DNA of 59,843 bases from a bacterium (lineage in GTDB: Bacteria > Patescibacteriota > Minisyncoccia > UBA6257 > GWB1-50-10), in assembly GCA_030647415.1 (NCBI GenBank), contig JAUSKB010000016.1, positions 1 to 59,843 of the forward strand, written 5' to 3'. Every line of letters begins with the position of its first letter. The first letter of the stretch is position 1. Shown in pieces: positions 16,081-24,590 of the stretch. The notes beneath the pieces were generated by a model. That model was not told the origin of the DNA, ran no database searches, and saw nothing but the letters and a program-made list of their open reading frames with translations. The position numbers were made by a program, and so were the translations under genes.

Positions 16081-18036
16081 TCAGGTGCGCGGCTCGGTCG
16101 CCTGAGGCGACCGATCACGCATCCGGTGCTCATAGTACCACAGAAATACGTCGCGTGCTACCGGCGTGGTATTCATACTCCCTTCCCGTGAGTTTTCAAT
16201 GAGAATGAGCAGCGCGAGCTCCGGACGGTCCGACGGCGCGAATCCCACGAAGAACGCGTTGGTTCGCTGATTGTTCTCAATTTGTGCCGTCCCCGTCTTC
16301 CCGGCGACCGGGATCGGCAGGTCGTGGAGCGCGTACGAGGTGCCGTACGGCTGCCGAACGCCGTCCCGCATACCTTGCCGAACGACCTCGAGTGCCGGTC
16401 CCAATGTCGAACTGGAATCCTGTAGGATGATCGGCCCGCCTCGACTCGCTCGCTCGCTCGCCTCGCCCGCCTCGCCGAGACGTCGAGTCGAGGCTGGGCT
16501 GGAGCTCCGGCGAAGCGGGTCGGGCGAGGCGGGCCCGCCGACCGACTGGACGATCCGCGGCTGGTACCATATGCCGCCGTTCGCAACCGCGGCAATGTAG
16601 TTCAAGAGCGCGATGGGCGTGACCCCAAGGTCTCCCTGCCCGATTGAGACGTGATACGTGTCGCCGATGCGCCACGGGCGGTCGAAGGTGCGCTCGAACC
16701 ACTCCGGGTCCGGCAAAAAACCTTTCTCCTCCTCGTCAAGGTCGATGCCGGTCGGCTGGTCGAGACGGAACACCTGCCACCACCGCTTCAATGCCACGAT
16801 GCCCAACCCCCGCTGGGATTCGAATCCCCCGCCGACCTCGTAGAAGTAGACATTCGACGACCGCGCGAGCGCGCTCCGTACATCGACCCAACCGTGCGGT
16901 TTCCAGTCCGGGAATATGCTCGGCTGGTCCGGCACATACGGATTGGGAAGCTCAAGCTTTCCAGAAGAAAATATACTCGTGTCAGGGGTTACGATGCCAT
17001 CGGTCAGGGCTGCAGTCGCCATGAGCGGTTTGATGGTCGAGCCGGGACTGTACACACCGCTAACCGCGCGATTGAACAGGGGTTTCGTCGGGTCCGAGAG
17101 GTAGGAGGCGATCTTCCCGGGGTCGTACCCCGGCACGCTCGCGAGCGCGAGCACCTCGCCGTTCTGGGGATTGAGCGCAATCGCCGCGCCGCTCGTTCGG
17201 CCGAGCTCGGCGAGTCCCTGGCTCAACCGGTCAGAGAGGTACGTCTGAAAATCGGCATCGATGAATGTCCGAAGGTCCCCGCCGGCCGCCGAGTCCTGCG
17301 CCGCGCGTTCGCCGCGGACCTCGCCCCGAGCATCCCGGAGCGTCACCCGTTCGCCGTTCACCCCGCGGAGCACCGAGTCGTAGGAACCCTCGAGCCCTAC
17401 GCGACCGACCACATCGTTCACGATGAGCCGGTCATCAGCGTGGAGGTCGGCGTCGTTCGCAAGCCCCACATACCCGATGAGGTGCGAGAATGCGAGCGGG
17501 TTCGCGACTACACGGTTGAACGACGGGACCACGGAGACGCCGGGGAGCTTCGCGGATGCGACGGCGACCAACACATCCTGCGATGGATTCGTGGTAAGCA
17601 CCAGTTCGTCGGCCACGTTCCAGTTCTTTTTGGCGACGGTGTCGAACAGCGTCTGCTGGTCGCTTCCGAGGGCCTCACCAAGGCGCGTGAGTGTGGCCCG
17701 CCGCTCCTCCGGACTGGTCGGCAGATACCGAGGCGCAAGGATGATGTTGAACGACGGGACATTCTTCACGAGCGGCACGCCATACCGGTCATAGATGACG
17801 CCGCGCGGCGCAAGCTCCACGCGCGAATCGCTCATATTCGCGAGCGCACGCGCCGCAAACGCCTCATGTTCGACGAGTGAAAAATATCCGACTCGAATAC
17901 CGACGCCGACAACGACGAATATGCCGACAAGAAGCAGTCGCCGAAACAGGCGGTCCGTCACCGGAACCTCAAGGAGGTCGTCCTCGACAACTCGGTCGGT
18001 CAGAATATCTTCGAGGTTCAGCGGTTCTCGGGACAT
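16081..18036 (-). CDS. mrdA: penicillin-binding protein 2 (elongasome transpeptidase) carrying an in-frame repeat insert
   Basis: N-terminal TM helix, a PBP dimerisation region, and transpeptidase motifs (SPGSTIKP, SSN, KTGTA). Downstream of mreBCD. The insert ...GGPASPDPLRRSSSPASTRRLGEAGEASERASRGG... is element A2. Confidence 0.9.
   Translation of the reverse strand: MSREPLNLEDILTDRVVEDDLLEVPVTDRLFRRLLLVGIFVVVGVGIRVGYFSLVEHEAFAARALANMSDSRVELAPRGVIYDRYGVPLVKNVPSFNIILAPRYLPTSPEERRATLTRLGEALGSDQQTLFDTVAKKNWNVADELVLTTNPSQDVLVAVASAKLPGVSVVPSFNRVVANPLAFSHLIGYVGLANDADLHADDRLIVNDVVGRVGLEGSYDSVLRGVNGERVTLRDARGEVRGERAAQDSAAGGDLRTFIDADFQTYLSDRLSQGLAELGRTSGAAIALNPQNGEVLALASVPGYDPGKIASYLSDPTKPLFNRAVSGVYSPGSTIKPLMATAALTDGIVTPDTSIFSSGKLELPNPYVPDQPSIFPDWKPHGWVDVRSALARSSNVYFYEVGGGFESQRGLGIVALKRWWQVFRLDQPTGIDLDEEEKGFLPDPEWFERTFDRPWRIGDTYHVSIGQGDLGVTPIALLNYIAAVANGGIWYQPRIVQSVGGPASPDPLRRSSSPASTRRLGEAGEASERASRGGPIILQDSSSTLGPALEVVRQGMRDGVRQPYGTSYALHDLPIPVAGKTGTAQIENNQRTNAFFVGFAPSDRPELALLILIENSREGSMNTTPVARDVFLWYYEHRMRDRSPQATEPRT
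16433..16535. repeat. GC-rich palindromic element family A, full-length copy A2 (inside mrdA)
   Basis: 11-bp perfect termini ggcccgcctcg / cgaggcgggcc. The core is identical to A1/A3 (cctcgcccgcctcgccgagacgtcgagtcgaggctgggctg). Confidence 0.88.
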
Positions 18037-18058
18037 GGTTTCGGAGGCATCGGGGGCA

Positions 18059-18169
18059 GTTTACCCTGTTAGAGATTTACATGCACGCCTTTCAAAATAT
18101 ACCTGTTTGTACTAATACCAGCAGGTATACATCCAAAATGATTCTCTGTAAATCTCTAACAGGGTGAAC
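18059..18169. repeat. 107-bp-class TIR element family F4, copy 1
   Basis: Arms gtttaccctgttagagatttaca / tgtaaatctctaacagggtgaac (1 mismatch). It lies 23 nt upstream of the mrdA ATG. Confidence 0.88.
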
Positions 18170-18237
18170 CCAAACAATTTCCCCCACAAAAGTGGTGCGG
18201 GGTGCACCTCGAGCGCTCGAGCACCGCAATCCGCTCC

Positions 18238-18726
18238 CTACCCTTCGCCGCGAACACGGTGGAGCGCGTACCAGACCGCGAGCACAAGCACAGCGTCGAG
18301 AACAAACCCGATGCCGACGGTGCGAAGCTGTATGAAAAACGGGTCACTAACCCGCCAGGTCGCGAGCCCCCAGAAGACCTCGGTGCTAGCGAGCGTGAGG
18401 TACGTATCGGCGAACGACCGGCCGGTGAAAAATGGTGCGAACACGGCGACGAGGAGCGTGATGCCGACCACGAGTGCCACCGACCCGACATCGAACGGGG
18501 TCCAGAGGAACGAGGCCGCAAGTATGAGGCCGCCGACCACGACGGGCACCCAAAATCGTGGGGCGAGAGCGGCGATGCACACCAACAGCACGAGGATAAG
18601 ATTCGGGTTCACCGAGCCGATTGCAAGCACACGGCTCACCTGGACAAGGTAGAGTGCGACTCCGGCCACGCCGAGCGCGAGCGCGAGCGGCACTGAAACT
18701 GTCCACCGGGGAGGACGCACGCGCAT
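18238..18726 (-). CDS. mreD: rod shape-determining protein MreD (by position and topology)
   Basis: Polytopic small membrane protein. Its ATG at 18724-18726 is 1 nt after the mreC stop. Gene order is mreB-mreC-X-mrdA. Confidence 0.6.
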   Translation of the reverse strand: MRVRPPRWTVSVPLALALGVAGVALYLVQVSRVLAIGSVNPNLILVLLVCIAALAPRFWVPVVVGGLILAASFLWTPFDVGSVALVVGITLLVAVFAPFFTGRSFADTYLTLASTEVFWGLATWRVSDPFFIQLRTVGIGFVLDAVLVLAVWYALHRVRGEG

Positions 18727-18727
18727 A

Positions 18728-19426
18728 TCAGGGAAACTCGGTCGGCAGTAGGACCTGCTCCAATGAATCAATGTGATACCCGACGGCCACGAGCGCCGTT
18801 TGCCAGGCGTTCTGCATCGCCGGCTCCACCGTTGCGATGGTCCCGATGACCGCCCCCAGAGGAAAGCCGGGGTCGATGCTCATCACGATGTCGCCCACCT
18901 CGAGCACGTCTGTTTGTGGAATGAGCTCGAGCCGTGGCGGGTTTCCACCCACGAGGACGGCCTTCACGCGGTGCGTGCCTACGCTCACGCTCGACCGCCA
19001 CCCGGGGTCAAAGATGGTTTGAGCGACCGCTTGGGTGCGGCGAACCTCCCGCACTGCCCCGAGAAGCACGTCCGCGGCGGCAAATATCGGCGTTCCGATC
19101 GCGAGGCCACCAACGCTCCCCCGAGCAATCGTGAGTCGATCGCGGTCATTAAATGGGTACCGAGAATACAGCGCCACCGGCACATAGCCGGCGCGCCAGG
19201 ACGTGTTGCCTGACGGCGTTTCAGAAACCGCACGCGCGAGCGCCGCACGGAGCGTTTCGTTCTCCAGTGTAAGGGTCGTAATCGTCCGATCAGTGGCGTC
19301 TGTCAGGAGTAATCGAAGCGTAGTGAGGATCGGGGCACGAAACACAATGAGGAGCGCAAGTGCAGTGAGCGCCGTGACGCCAAACGCGAATGCGCGGATG
19401 GATCTCATAATAGTCGAATTCCGCAC
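18728..19426 (-). CDS. mreC: rod shape-determining protein MreC
   Basis: N-terminal TM helix, a coiled coil (LENETLRAALARA), and a beta-barrel C-domain. Immediately downstream of mreB. Confidence 0.8.
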   Translation of the reverse strand: MRNSTIMRSIRAFAFGVTALTALALLIVFRAPILTTLRLLLTDATDRTITTLTLENETLRAALARAVSETPSGNTSWRAGYVPVALYSRYPFNDRDRLTIARGSVGGLAIGTPIFAAADVLLGAVREVRRTQAVAQTIFDPGWRSSVSVGTHRVKAVLVGGNPPRLELIPQTDVLEVGDIVMSIDPGFPLGAVIGTIATVEPAMQNAWQTALVAVGYHIDSLEQVLLPTEFP

Positions 19427-19462
19427 GCCGGCCCGTTCTCACCGTGGTCCGTTCGTAGTGAA

Positions 19463-20503
19463 TCACCGGAGATGCAGCCCCGGCATGACGGAAAAGTTGT
19501 TGAGTAGCGACTCGAACTGGTCGAACTGCTCGCACACCATGCCGGTGCCGCGAACCACGCAGGTGAGCGGTTCCTCAACGATGCTCACCGCGACACCAAT
19601 CTCCTTCTCAATGATTGCGTCGATACCGCGCAAGAGGCTCCCCCCGCCGCAGCAGTGCACCCCGTTCTTGTACACGTCGCCGACCAACTCCGGCGGGGTG
19701 CTCTCGATGAGGTCCTTCAGGGCCTCGGTGATGACTTTAAGCGGTCGGACGAGCCAGGTCCGCACCTGCACGTCTCGGACCGGGACCTCGCGGGGAAGCC
19801 CGCTCGTGAGGTCGCGGCCACGAATCACGATCTCGAGGCGCTCGCCCGCGACCGGCGCGGCCGTTCCCACCGCGAGCTTGATCTCCTCTGCGGTCGGCTC
19901 GCCGATGTGGAGCTTCAGCTCGTCCCGCGTCGCCCGGATGATTTCCTGGTTCAGGTAATCCCCGGCGATCTTCAGCCGCCGGGAGATGACGATGCCGTTC
20001 ATGGAAATGACCGCCATGTCGGTGGCACCAGCGCCCAGATCGACAAGGAGGTAGGCGGTCGCCTGCTGGATGTCGAGGTGGCTCCCGAGGGCCCCCGCGA
20101 GCGGCTGTTCGATGAGAAACACCTCGCTTGCCCCCACCTCGCGGAGCAGGTCCTCGACCGATTTCCGCTCCACCTCCGTCAGGTTGGTCGGGACCGACAC
20201 GATGGCGCGCGTGAGCCAGGACCACGGCAGATGCTCGCGCCGAAGGAACCGCTCGAGGAGCTCCCGCGCCATGTCGAAATCGGCGATTACCCCGTGACTT
20301 ATCGGCCGGAGCGCGGTGATGTGGGTCGGCGTCCGCGCGAGCATGCGCTTCGCATCAAGACCGACGGCGATGGTTCGGTTCGTCCGGTTGTTGAAGGCGA
20401 TGATGGACGGCTCGTTCACCACGATGCCGGTGCCCTTCAGGTAGATACGGGTGGTGTCCGTCCCGAGGTCGATGCCGATGGTTTTGCGGAAATTGAAGGC
20501 CAT
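19463..20503 (-). CDS. mreB: rod shape-determining protein MreB
   Basis: Actin-fold motifs IGIDLGTDTTRIY, VDLGAGATDMAVIS, GGGSLLRGID (346 aa). Confidence 0.95.
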   Translation of the reverse strand: MAFNFRKTIGIDLGTDTTRIYLKGTGIVVNEPSIIAFNNRTNRTIAVGLDAKRMLARTPTHITALRPISHGVIADFDMARELLERFLRREHLPWSWLTRAIVSVPTNLTEVERKSVEDLLREVGASEVFLIEQPLAGALGSHLDIQQATAYLLVDLGAGATDMAVISMNGIVISRRLKIAGDYLNQEIIRATRDELKLHIGEPTAEEIKLAVGTAAPVAGERLEIVIRGRDLTSGLPREVPVRDVQVRTWLVRPLKVITEALKDLIESTPPELVGDVYKNGVHCCGGGSLLRGIDAIIEKEIGVAVSIVEEPLTCVVRGTGMVCEQFDQFESLLNNFSVMPGLHLR

Positions 20504-20504
20504 A

Positions 20505-20653
20505 AGAGTAATCGCGAATAATGCTAATTATTGCAAATAATGCGAATGAATGCGCACTCCATTCGCATCAGTATACCTGCTATTCGCATTATTCGCGATT
20601 ACTCTTTTCATTCGAATTATTACCTTTGCTATTCGAATTATTCGCGATTACTC
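20505..20653. repeat. 149-bp complex palindrome family C-prime, copy 1
   Basis: Left arm gagtaatcgcgaataatgc. Two alternative right arms: attcgcattattcgcgattactc and attcgaattattcgcgattactc. It overlaps the last codons of proS. Confidence 0.85.
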
Positions 20654-21897
20654 CCGAGGAGCGCGGGCAGGTCCTTCAGCGCGACGAGCTCAGGCTTCCC
20701 GTTCTTGCGCTCTTTTACCTCCACCTTGTTGTGCGCGAGGGTCTTTTCGGAAACGACGAGGCGTGCGGGGATACCGATGAGGTCGGCGTCCGTGAACTTT
20801 TCCCCTGCCGACATTTCGTGCCGGTCGTCGAAGAGGACCTCCATGCCTTTTTTCGTCAGCGCCTCATACACCTTCTCGGCGTAGGCACGAACCTTTTCAT
20901 CCTCACCGAGCACAACGAGGTGCGCGGCGGCGGGCGCGACACTCCGGGGCCAGACGATGCCCCTATCGTCGTGGTGCACCTCTACGATGGTCCCCACGAG
21001 CCGGTCTACCCCGATACCGTAGGATGCCATGATAACGGGGTGGAGCGCACCCGCCGCATCGCGGTAGCGGAGATTCAGTGGCTCCGAGAACCGCGTGCCG
21101 AGCTTGAAAATATTCCCCACCTCGCTCGTCGCGACGTGCTCCACGACGCCGCCGGGGCATTTGGGGCAGGTGGCGCCGGACTTGAGCTTCGATATCTCCT
21201 TGTTCTCCGCATAGCCGCAGAGCCGGCAAAGCACCGTCTCGTCCTCGCCGGCAGACGTTTCCACCATGAACTCATGCGAGTGCTCCTTAGAGAAGTCGCC
21301 GCCCGATGCCTCCGTGACGAACGCGGTGAGCTCCATGCGCTTGAAAACCTTGAGGTAGGCGTGCTTCACCACTTCGTAAAACTCCGCAAGCGATTGCTCA
21401 TCCGCGTGGAAGCTGTAGAGGTCCTTCATGGAAAACTCCCGCCCGCGCATGAGGCCGGACTTCGCGCGCGCCTCGCTCCGGAACTTCGTCTGTATCTGAT
21501 AGGTCGAAATCGGCAGGTCGGCGTAGGAGAAAATGATATGCGTGCCGATCGCGGCGACAATCTCCTCGTGCGTGGGACCCAGGCCGTACTCCTTCCCTTG
21601 CAGGTCCCTAAACTGGTACATCACGCTCTTCATGCTCTCCCATCGGCCGGTCGCGTCCCATGCGGCGCGGGGATGGAGGGCAGGCATGAGGAGCTCCGAG
21701 GCGCCAAGCGCGTTCATCTCCTCGCGGATGATGCCGATGACCTTCTCGCGGACGCGAAATCCCAAGGGCAGGAAGGTGTGGACGCCCGCCATAAGCTTCG
21801 AGATGAACCCACCCCGCGCAAGGAGCTGCGCGTTCACCGAGACCTCATCCTTCGGGGCCTCTTTGAGCGTGCGGGAGAATAATTTTGACTGCCTCAT
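20638..21897 (-). CDS. proS: prolyl-tRNA synthetase, short form without INS editing domain
   Basis: MRQSKLFSRTLKEAPKDEVSVNAQLLARGGF..., motif 2 FRSEARAKSGLMRGREFSMKDLYSF, motif 3 SYGIGVDRL. Only 419 aa. Confidence 0.92.
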   Translation of the reverse strand: MRQSKLFSRTLKEAPKDEVSVNAQLLARGGFISKLMAGVHTFLPLGFRVREKVIGIIREEMNALGASELLMPALHPRAAWDATGRWESMKSVMYQFRDLQGKEYGLGPTHEEIVAAIGTHIIFSYADLPISTYQIQTKFRSEARAKSGLMRGREFSMKDLYSFHADEQSLAEFYEVVKHAYLKVFKRMELTAFVTEASGGDFSKEHSHEFMVETSAGEDETVLCRLCGYAENKEISKLKSGATCPKCPGGVVEHVATSEVGNIFKLGTRFSEPLNLRYRDAAGALHPVIMASYGIGVDRLVGTIVEVHHDDRGIVWPRSVAPAAAHLVVLGEDEKVRAYAEKVYEALTKKGMEVLFDDRHEMSAGEKFTDADLIGIPARLVVSEKTLAHNKVEVKERKNGKPELVALKDLPALLGSNRE

Positions 21898-22046
21898 GGA
21901 GTAATCGCGAATAATGCTAATTTAACTCAAATAATGCGAATAAATGCGCTCTATTCGCATTATTACCTCTACAATTCGCATTATTAGCGATTACTCTCTT
22001 CATTCGCATTATTATATCTGCAATTCGCATTATTAGCGATTACTCC
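21898..22046. repeat. 149-bp complex palindrome family C-prime, copy 2
   Basis: Same organisation and orientation as 20505-20653, and roughly 80 percent identical by eye. It abuts the proS ATG. Confidence 0.85.
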
Positions 22047-22047
22047 T

Positions 22048-22079
22048 TATAGTACCCAAATTTCCGCATTCGGCAACTT
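22048..22079. repeat. 32-bp direct repeat, left flank of the hicAB cassette
   Basis: tatagtacccaaatttccgcattcggcaactt; matches 22814-22845 at 30/32 positions. Confidence 0.85.
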
Positions 22080-22092
22080 ACCACAAATGGAC

Positions 22093-22338
22093 CTAAAGTT
22101 GCCGCCGGATGTCATCCCATGTCACCCCGCTGTACCGCTCGATTTCCTTGAGCACGTATGAGAGAACCTCCTTCGGGAGCTTCTGCGGTATAGTGACCGA
22201 TTTTTGGGTCGGCGGCCAGGTAGTTTTGTAGTGGCTGCCGTCCCCGCCCCGCTCGTCGATCAAAAACCCAAGACGCCGGAGCGCCTTGATGAGTTTCCTC
22301 CGCTTCAATTCCCCGGGTAATTCGCTATGCGGCGGCAT
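22093..22338 (-). CDS. hicA: HicA/YcfA-like toxin (type II TA)
   Basis: 81 aa from the ATG at 22338: ...KRRKLIKALRRLGFLIDERGGDGSHYKTTW...VTIPQKLPKEVLSYVLKEI. It overlaps the upstream antitoxin ORF by 14 nt. Confidence 0.6.
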   Translation of the reverse strand: MPPHSELPGELKRRKLIKALRRLGFLIDERGGDGSHYKTTWPPTQKSVTIPQKLPKEVLSYVLKEIERYSGVTWDDIRRQL

Positions 22339-22684
22339 ACGCTTCCCCCCGGTCGGTCTCACGGCGAATCGCCGCTTCGGGAGCGTATGCGGACGGCACG
22401 CTGAACGCCGTAAGGATGCCGTCTTTAACACTCCGGTCAAGTTCCTCTGGCGTGCGGCCGTGAGCGACGATGCTGCCGTACGTAAAGTTCGCGCTCACCG
22501 AGACGAGTGTGTCGCCCTCGCGGTGATGTTCGAACCGAATCGGGCCGAAGTTCTTGAAGTACCGGTGCAGGTCGAGCAGACCGCTCGGGACGGTCGAGGT
22601 ACCCAAGATGAACTTCCCAACCCGGTCCTTTGCAACTTTGAAGATGTTCATGGGACTTTTAGATTTATTCTCCTGCCACAGCAT
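22325..22684 (-). CDS. hicB: HicB-like antitoxin (UPF0150-type fold)
   Basis: ...VSANFTYGSIVAHGRTPEELDRSVKDGILTAF resembles the HicB N-domain. It is paired with and overlaps hicA. The start could be 22684 or 22651. Confidence 0.5.
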   Translation of the reverse strand: MLWQENKSKSPMNIFKVAKDRVGKFILGTSTVPSGLLDLHRYFKNFGPIRFEHHREGDTLVSVSANFTYGSIVAHGRTPEELDRSVKDGILTAFSVPSAYAPEAAIRRETDRGEAYAAA

Positions 22685-22698
22685 CCGTCAACACGTTG

Positions 22699-22707
22699 AT
22701 TATACCA
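22699..22707 (-). promoter_or_regulatory. extended -10 box candidate for hicBA
   Basis: The minus strand reads TGGTATAAT about 15 nt upstream of the 22684 ATG. Confidence 0.35.
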
Positions 22708-22758
22708 CATGGTCAGCCGATTTCCTTTCACGCCCATCCACCGCCTACTCACTCGTTA

Positions 22759-22780
22759 TTATCGAAGTCGGACTTCGATA
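22759..22780. repeat. hairpin family H copy 2
   Basis: ttatcgaagtcggacttcgata. With its flanks (ctcgttatt...gattc) it matches 25371-25408. Confidence 0.85.
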
Positions 22781-22813
22781 GATTCAAGAGTTTTGACTGG
22801 CGCATTGCCTCTC

Positions 22814-22845
22814 TATACTACCCAAATTTCCGCGTTCGGCAACTT
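22814..22845. repeat. 32-bp direct repeat, right flank of the hicAB cassette
   Basis: tatactacccaaatttccgcgttcggcaactt. Confidence 0.85.
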
Positions 22846-22953
22846 TCAGGAATCTCCCCGAGTGGGACGAAGTTGGTGATGTGTGCCGGGAAATAGAGAA
22901 GGTTGCCTGAGAATGAAAACACAAAGTCGCCTCATACCGAGGCGACTCCTTAC

Positions 22954-23712
22954 TCACTCTACCCATTCCACATGCTCACCGACAGAGACCCACTTTCTAT
23001 CGGCGCCTTTCTCATAGGAAACAATCCTACCTCCGTAGCCGACTCTGAAGTGAACCTCAACCCTGTCGAACTTCGGGTTGAACACGAAGGTCATCGTCGG
23101 CATCGTCATCAAATGCCAATATCCGCCCCAATGCCCATGGAGAATCGGGAGAAACTTTTTCACGAGCGCCTCGCGCTCGGCGCTCGTGCCTGTGGCCCGT
23201 GAAGGGCGCATGATACCGGGGGAACCGAACTTCGTCGATTTGCTACCGAGAAACCGCTTGAGCAGGGTGTCGTACTTCAAGGTCAGATAGAGGACCCTGA
23301 CCGTGTCTCCAAAGTCGAGCTTCGGCCTGAAGCTTTTGATGACGAACTTCGTGGCTCCATTGCGGTCGTCCCACTTCCCGTTCTCGCTGATGTAGTACAT
23401 GAACGATCCCGGGACCACGACGTTCCGATACCCGTCATTGATCGCACCATCGGAGTTGAACGACACTTTGTCCTTGAGATCGAACGGAGTGAATAATTGC
23501 CGATACAGGCCATAGACCACCCCCGCCGTATCGCTCTCTTTCTTGGTGTCTCTAGGTGCGTATTCTTTTCCCCACCGATCCAGAAATCCCGAGAAATTCC
23601 ACTCGTGATCGCTGGTCGCATAAACTATCTGTTCCAATGATTTCTGGGCCTGCAAGGTTACTGGAAACAGAAGCACAAGCAACACTATAGATATATGAGA
23701 CTTTAACCTCAT
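22954..23712 (-). CDS. secreted hypothetical protein
   Basis: Signal peptide MRLKSHISIVLLVLLFPVTLQAQ, a good SD (aaggaaggag N6 ATG), and lower GC than the surroundings. Confidence 0.6.
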   Translation of the reverse strand: MRLKSHISIVLLVLLFPVTLQAQKSLEQIVYATSDHEWNFSGFLDRWGKEYAPRDTKKESDTAGVVYGLYRQLFTPFDLKDKVSFNSDGAINDGYRNVVVPGSFMYYISENGKWDDRNGATKFVIKSFRPKLDFGDTVRVLYLTLKYDTLLKRFLGSKSTKFGSPGIMRPSRATGTSAEREALVKKFLPILHGHWGGYWHLMTMPTMTFVFNPKFDRVEVHFRVGYGGRIVSYEKGADRKWVSVGEHVEWVE

Positions 23713-23904
23713 AACCGACTCCTTCCTTATTGATTGTGAATACTCTCGAAACTCTGGTTTAGAGATAACACTGATGGCGTTCTCCTGTCAAACCTCGTCG
23801 CTCCCCTTGCTGGACGCGTTGAGCCTCGCCCGTAGGCTACGGCCGAGGGAACGGTGGATTGGCCCCTAGTTAAACAAGAAATGGAGCTTATGCCTATATT
23901 TGTA

Positions 23905-23939
23905 TAAAAAGTTTGAAGCCCTGGGTTCGCCAGGGCTTC
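23905..23939 (-). terminator. rho-independent terminator of 23960..24478
   Basis: Minus strand: gaagccctgg-cgaac-ccagggcttc, then aaacTTTTTat. Confidence 0.6.
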
Positions 23940-23959
23940 GGTTTGCCTCCACCTCCTGT

Positions 23960-24478
23960 CTAAAACTGTTTTTGCAGCTCGATCCACGCTAACTCCCACG
24001 AAGATGATTTGTCCTTCGTCACGTACTCCTCAAGCCGATGACGTTTAGCTTCGTTATTCACAGAAGCTAAAATCCTAAGCCGATGCTCGGCGTCATAATC
24101 ATCTTCCTTTAAACGGAGGGCTTCTTCGCAGATCTCCTTGTTTTCGAGGGTGATGAAGAAGTTGGAGGTGCCGTGATTCGTGAACATCAACCGTGGTATC
24201 CCCATGACGACCGCCTGTGCCAAAAGATCGTATCCATTCCTTTCCAACAGCACCTTGTAGTCATTATCACGCTTAAGGTTCGAATAGCTACCAATGCTGT
24301 CGGTGGAAAGAAACGGCATTGACCGATCAGTCAGGAGGGCGTCCGCCACAGGCAACAGCTCCTGCGCCTCCTTTCTGCTGGTCGCGTACATGAACTCAAA
24401 GCCCTTAACCGTCGAGAAGAAGCTTTTGGCCGCCTGCAGGTTTTCTTTGGTGTCTTCAACTATAAGAATTTTTTTCAT
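23960..24478 (-). CDS. orphan receiver (REC)-like domain protein
   Basis: MKKILIVEDTKENL...ALLTDRSMP resembles a CheY-like acidic pocket and phospho-acceptor Asp. SD gggag N7 ATG. No output domain was recognised. Confidence 0.45.
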   Translation of the reverse strand: MKKILIVEDTKENLQAAKSFFSTVKGFEFMYATSRKEAQELLPVADALLTDRSMPFLSTDSIGSYSNLKRDNDYKVLLERNGYDLLAQAVVMGIPRLMFTNHGTSNFFITLENKEICEEALRLKEDDYDAEHRLRILASVNNEAKRHRLEEYVTKDKSSSWELAWIELQKQF

Positions 24479-24590
24479 TAATTTCTCCCAATATTGGTTT
24501 ATGAATGATTCCTTACTTTTCTATTGAAATTATAGCACTATTGTATGCTTTTTGTCAAATTTATCTGCTCCCCCCAGTTGGACTCAAACC

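Noticed and set aside
20505-22046. Possible CRISPR array, because of repeated about 24-bp units (attcgcattattcgcgattactc) around proS.
   Set aside because: The units are arranged as inverted repeats and not regularly spaced direct repeats. There are only 2-3 per locus and no spacer periodicity. No cas genes are in the window.
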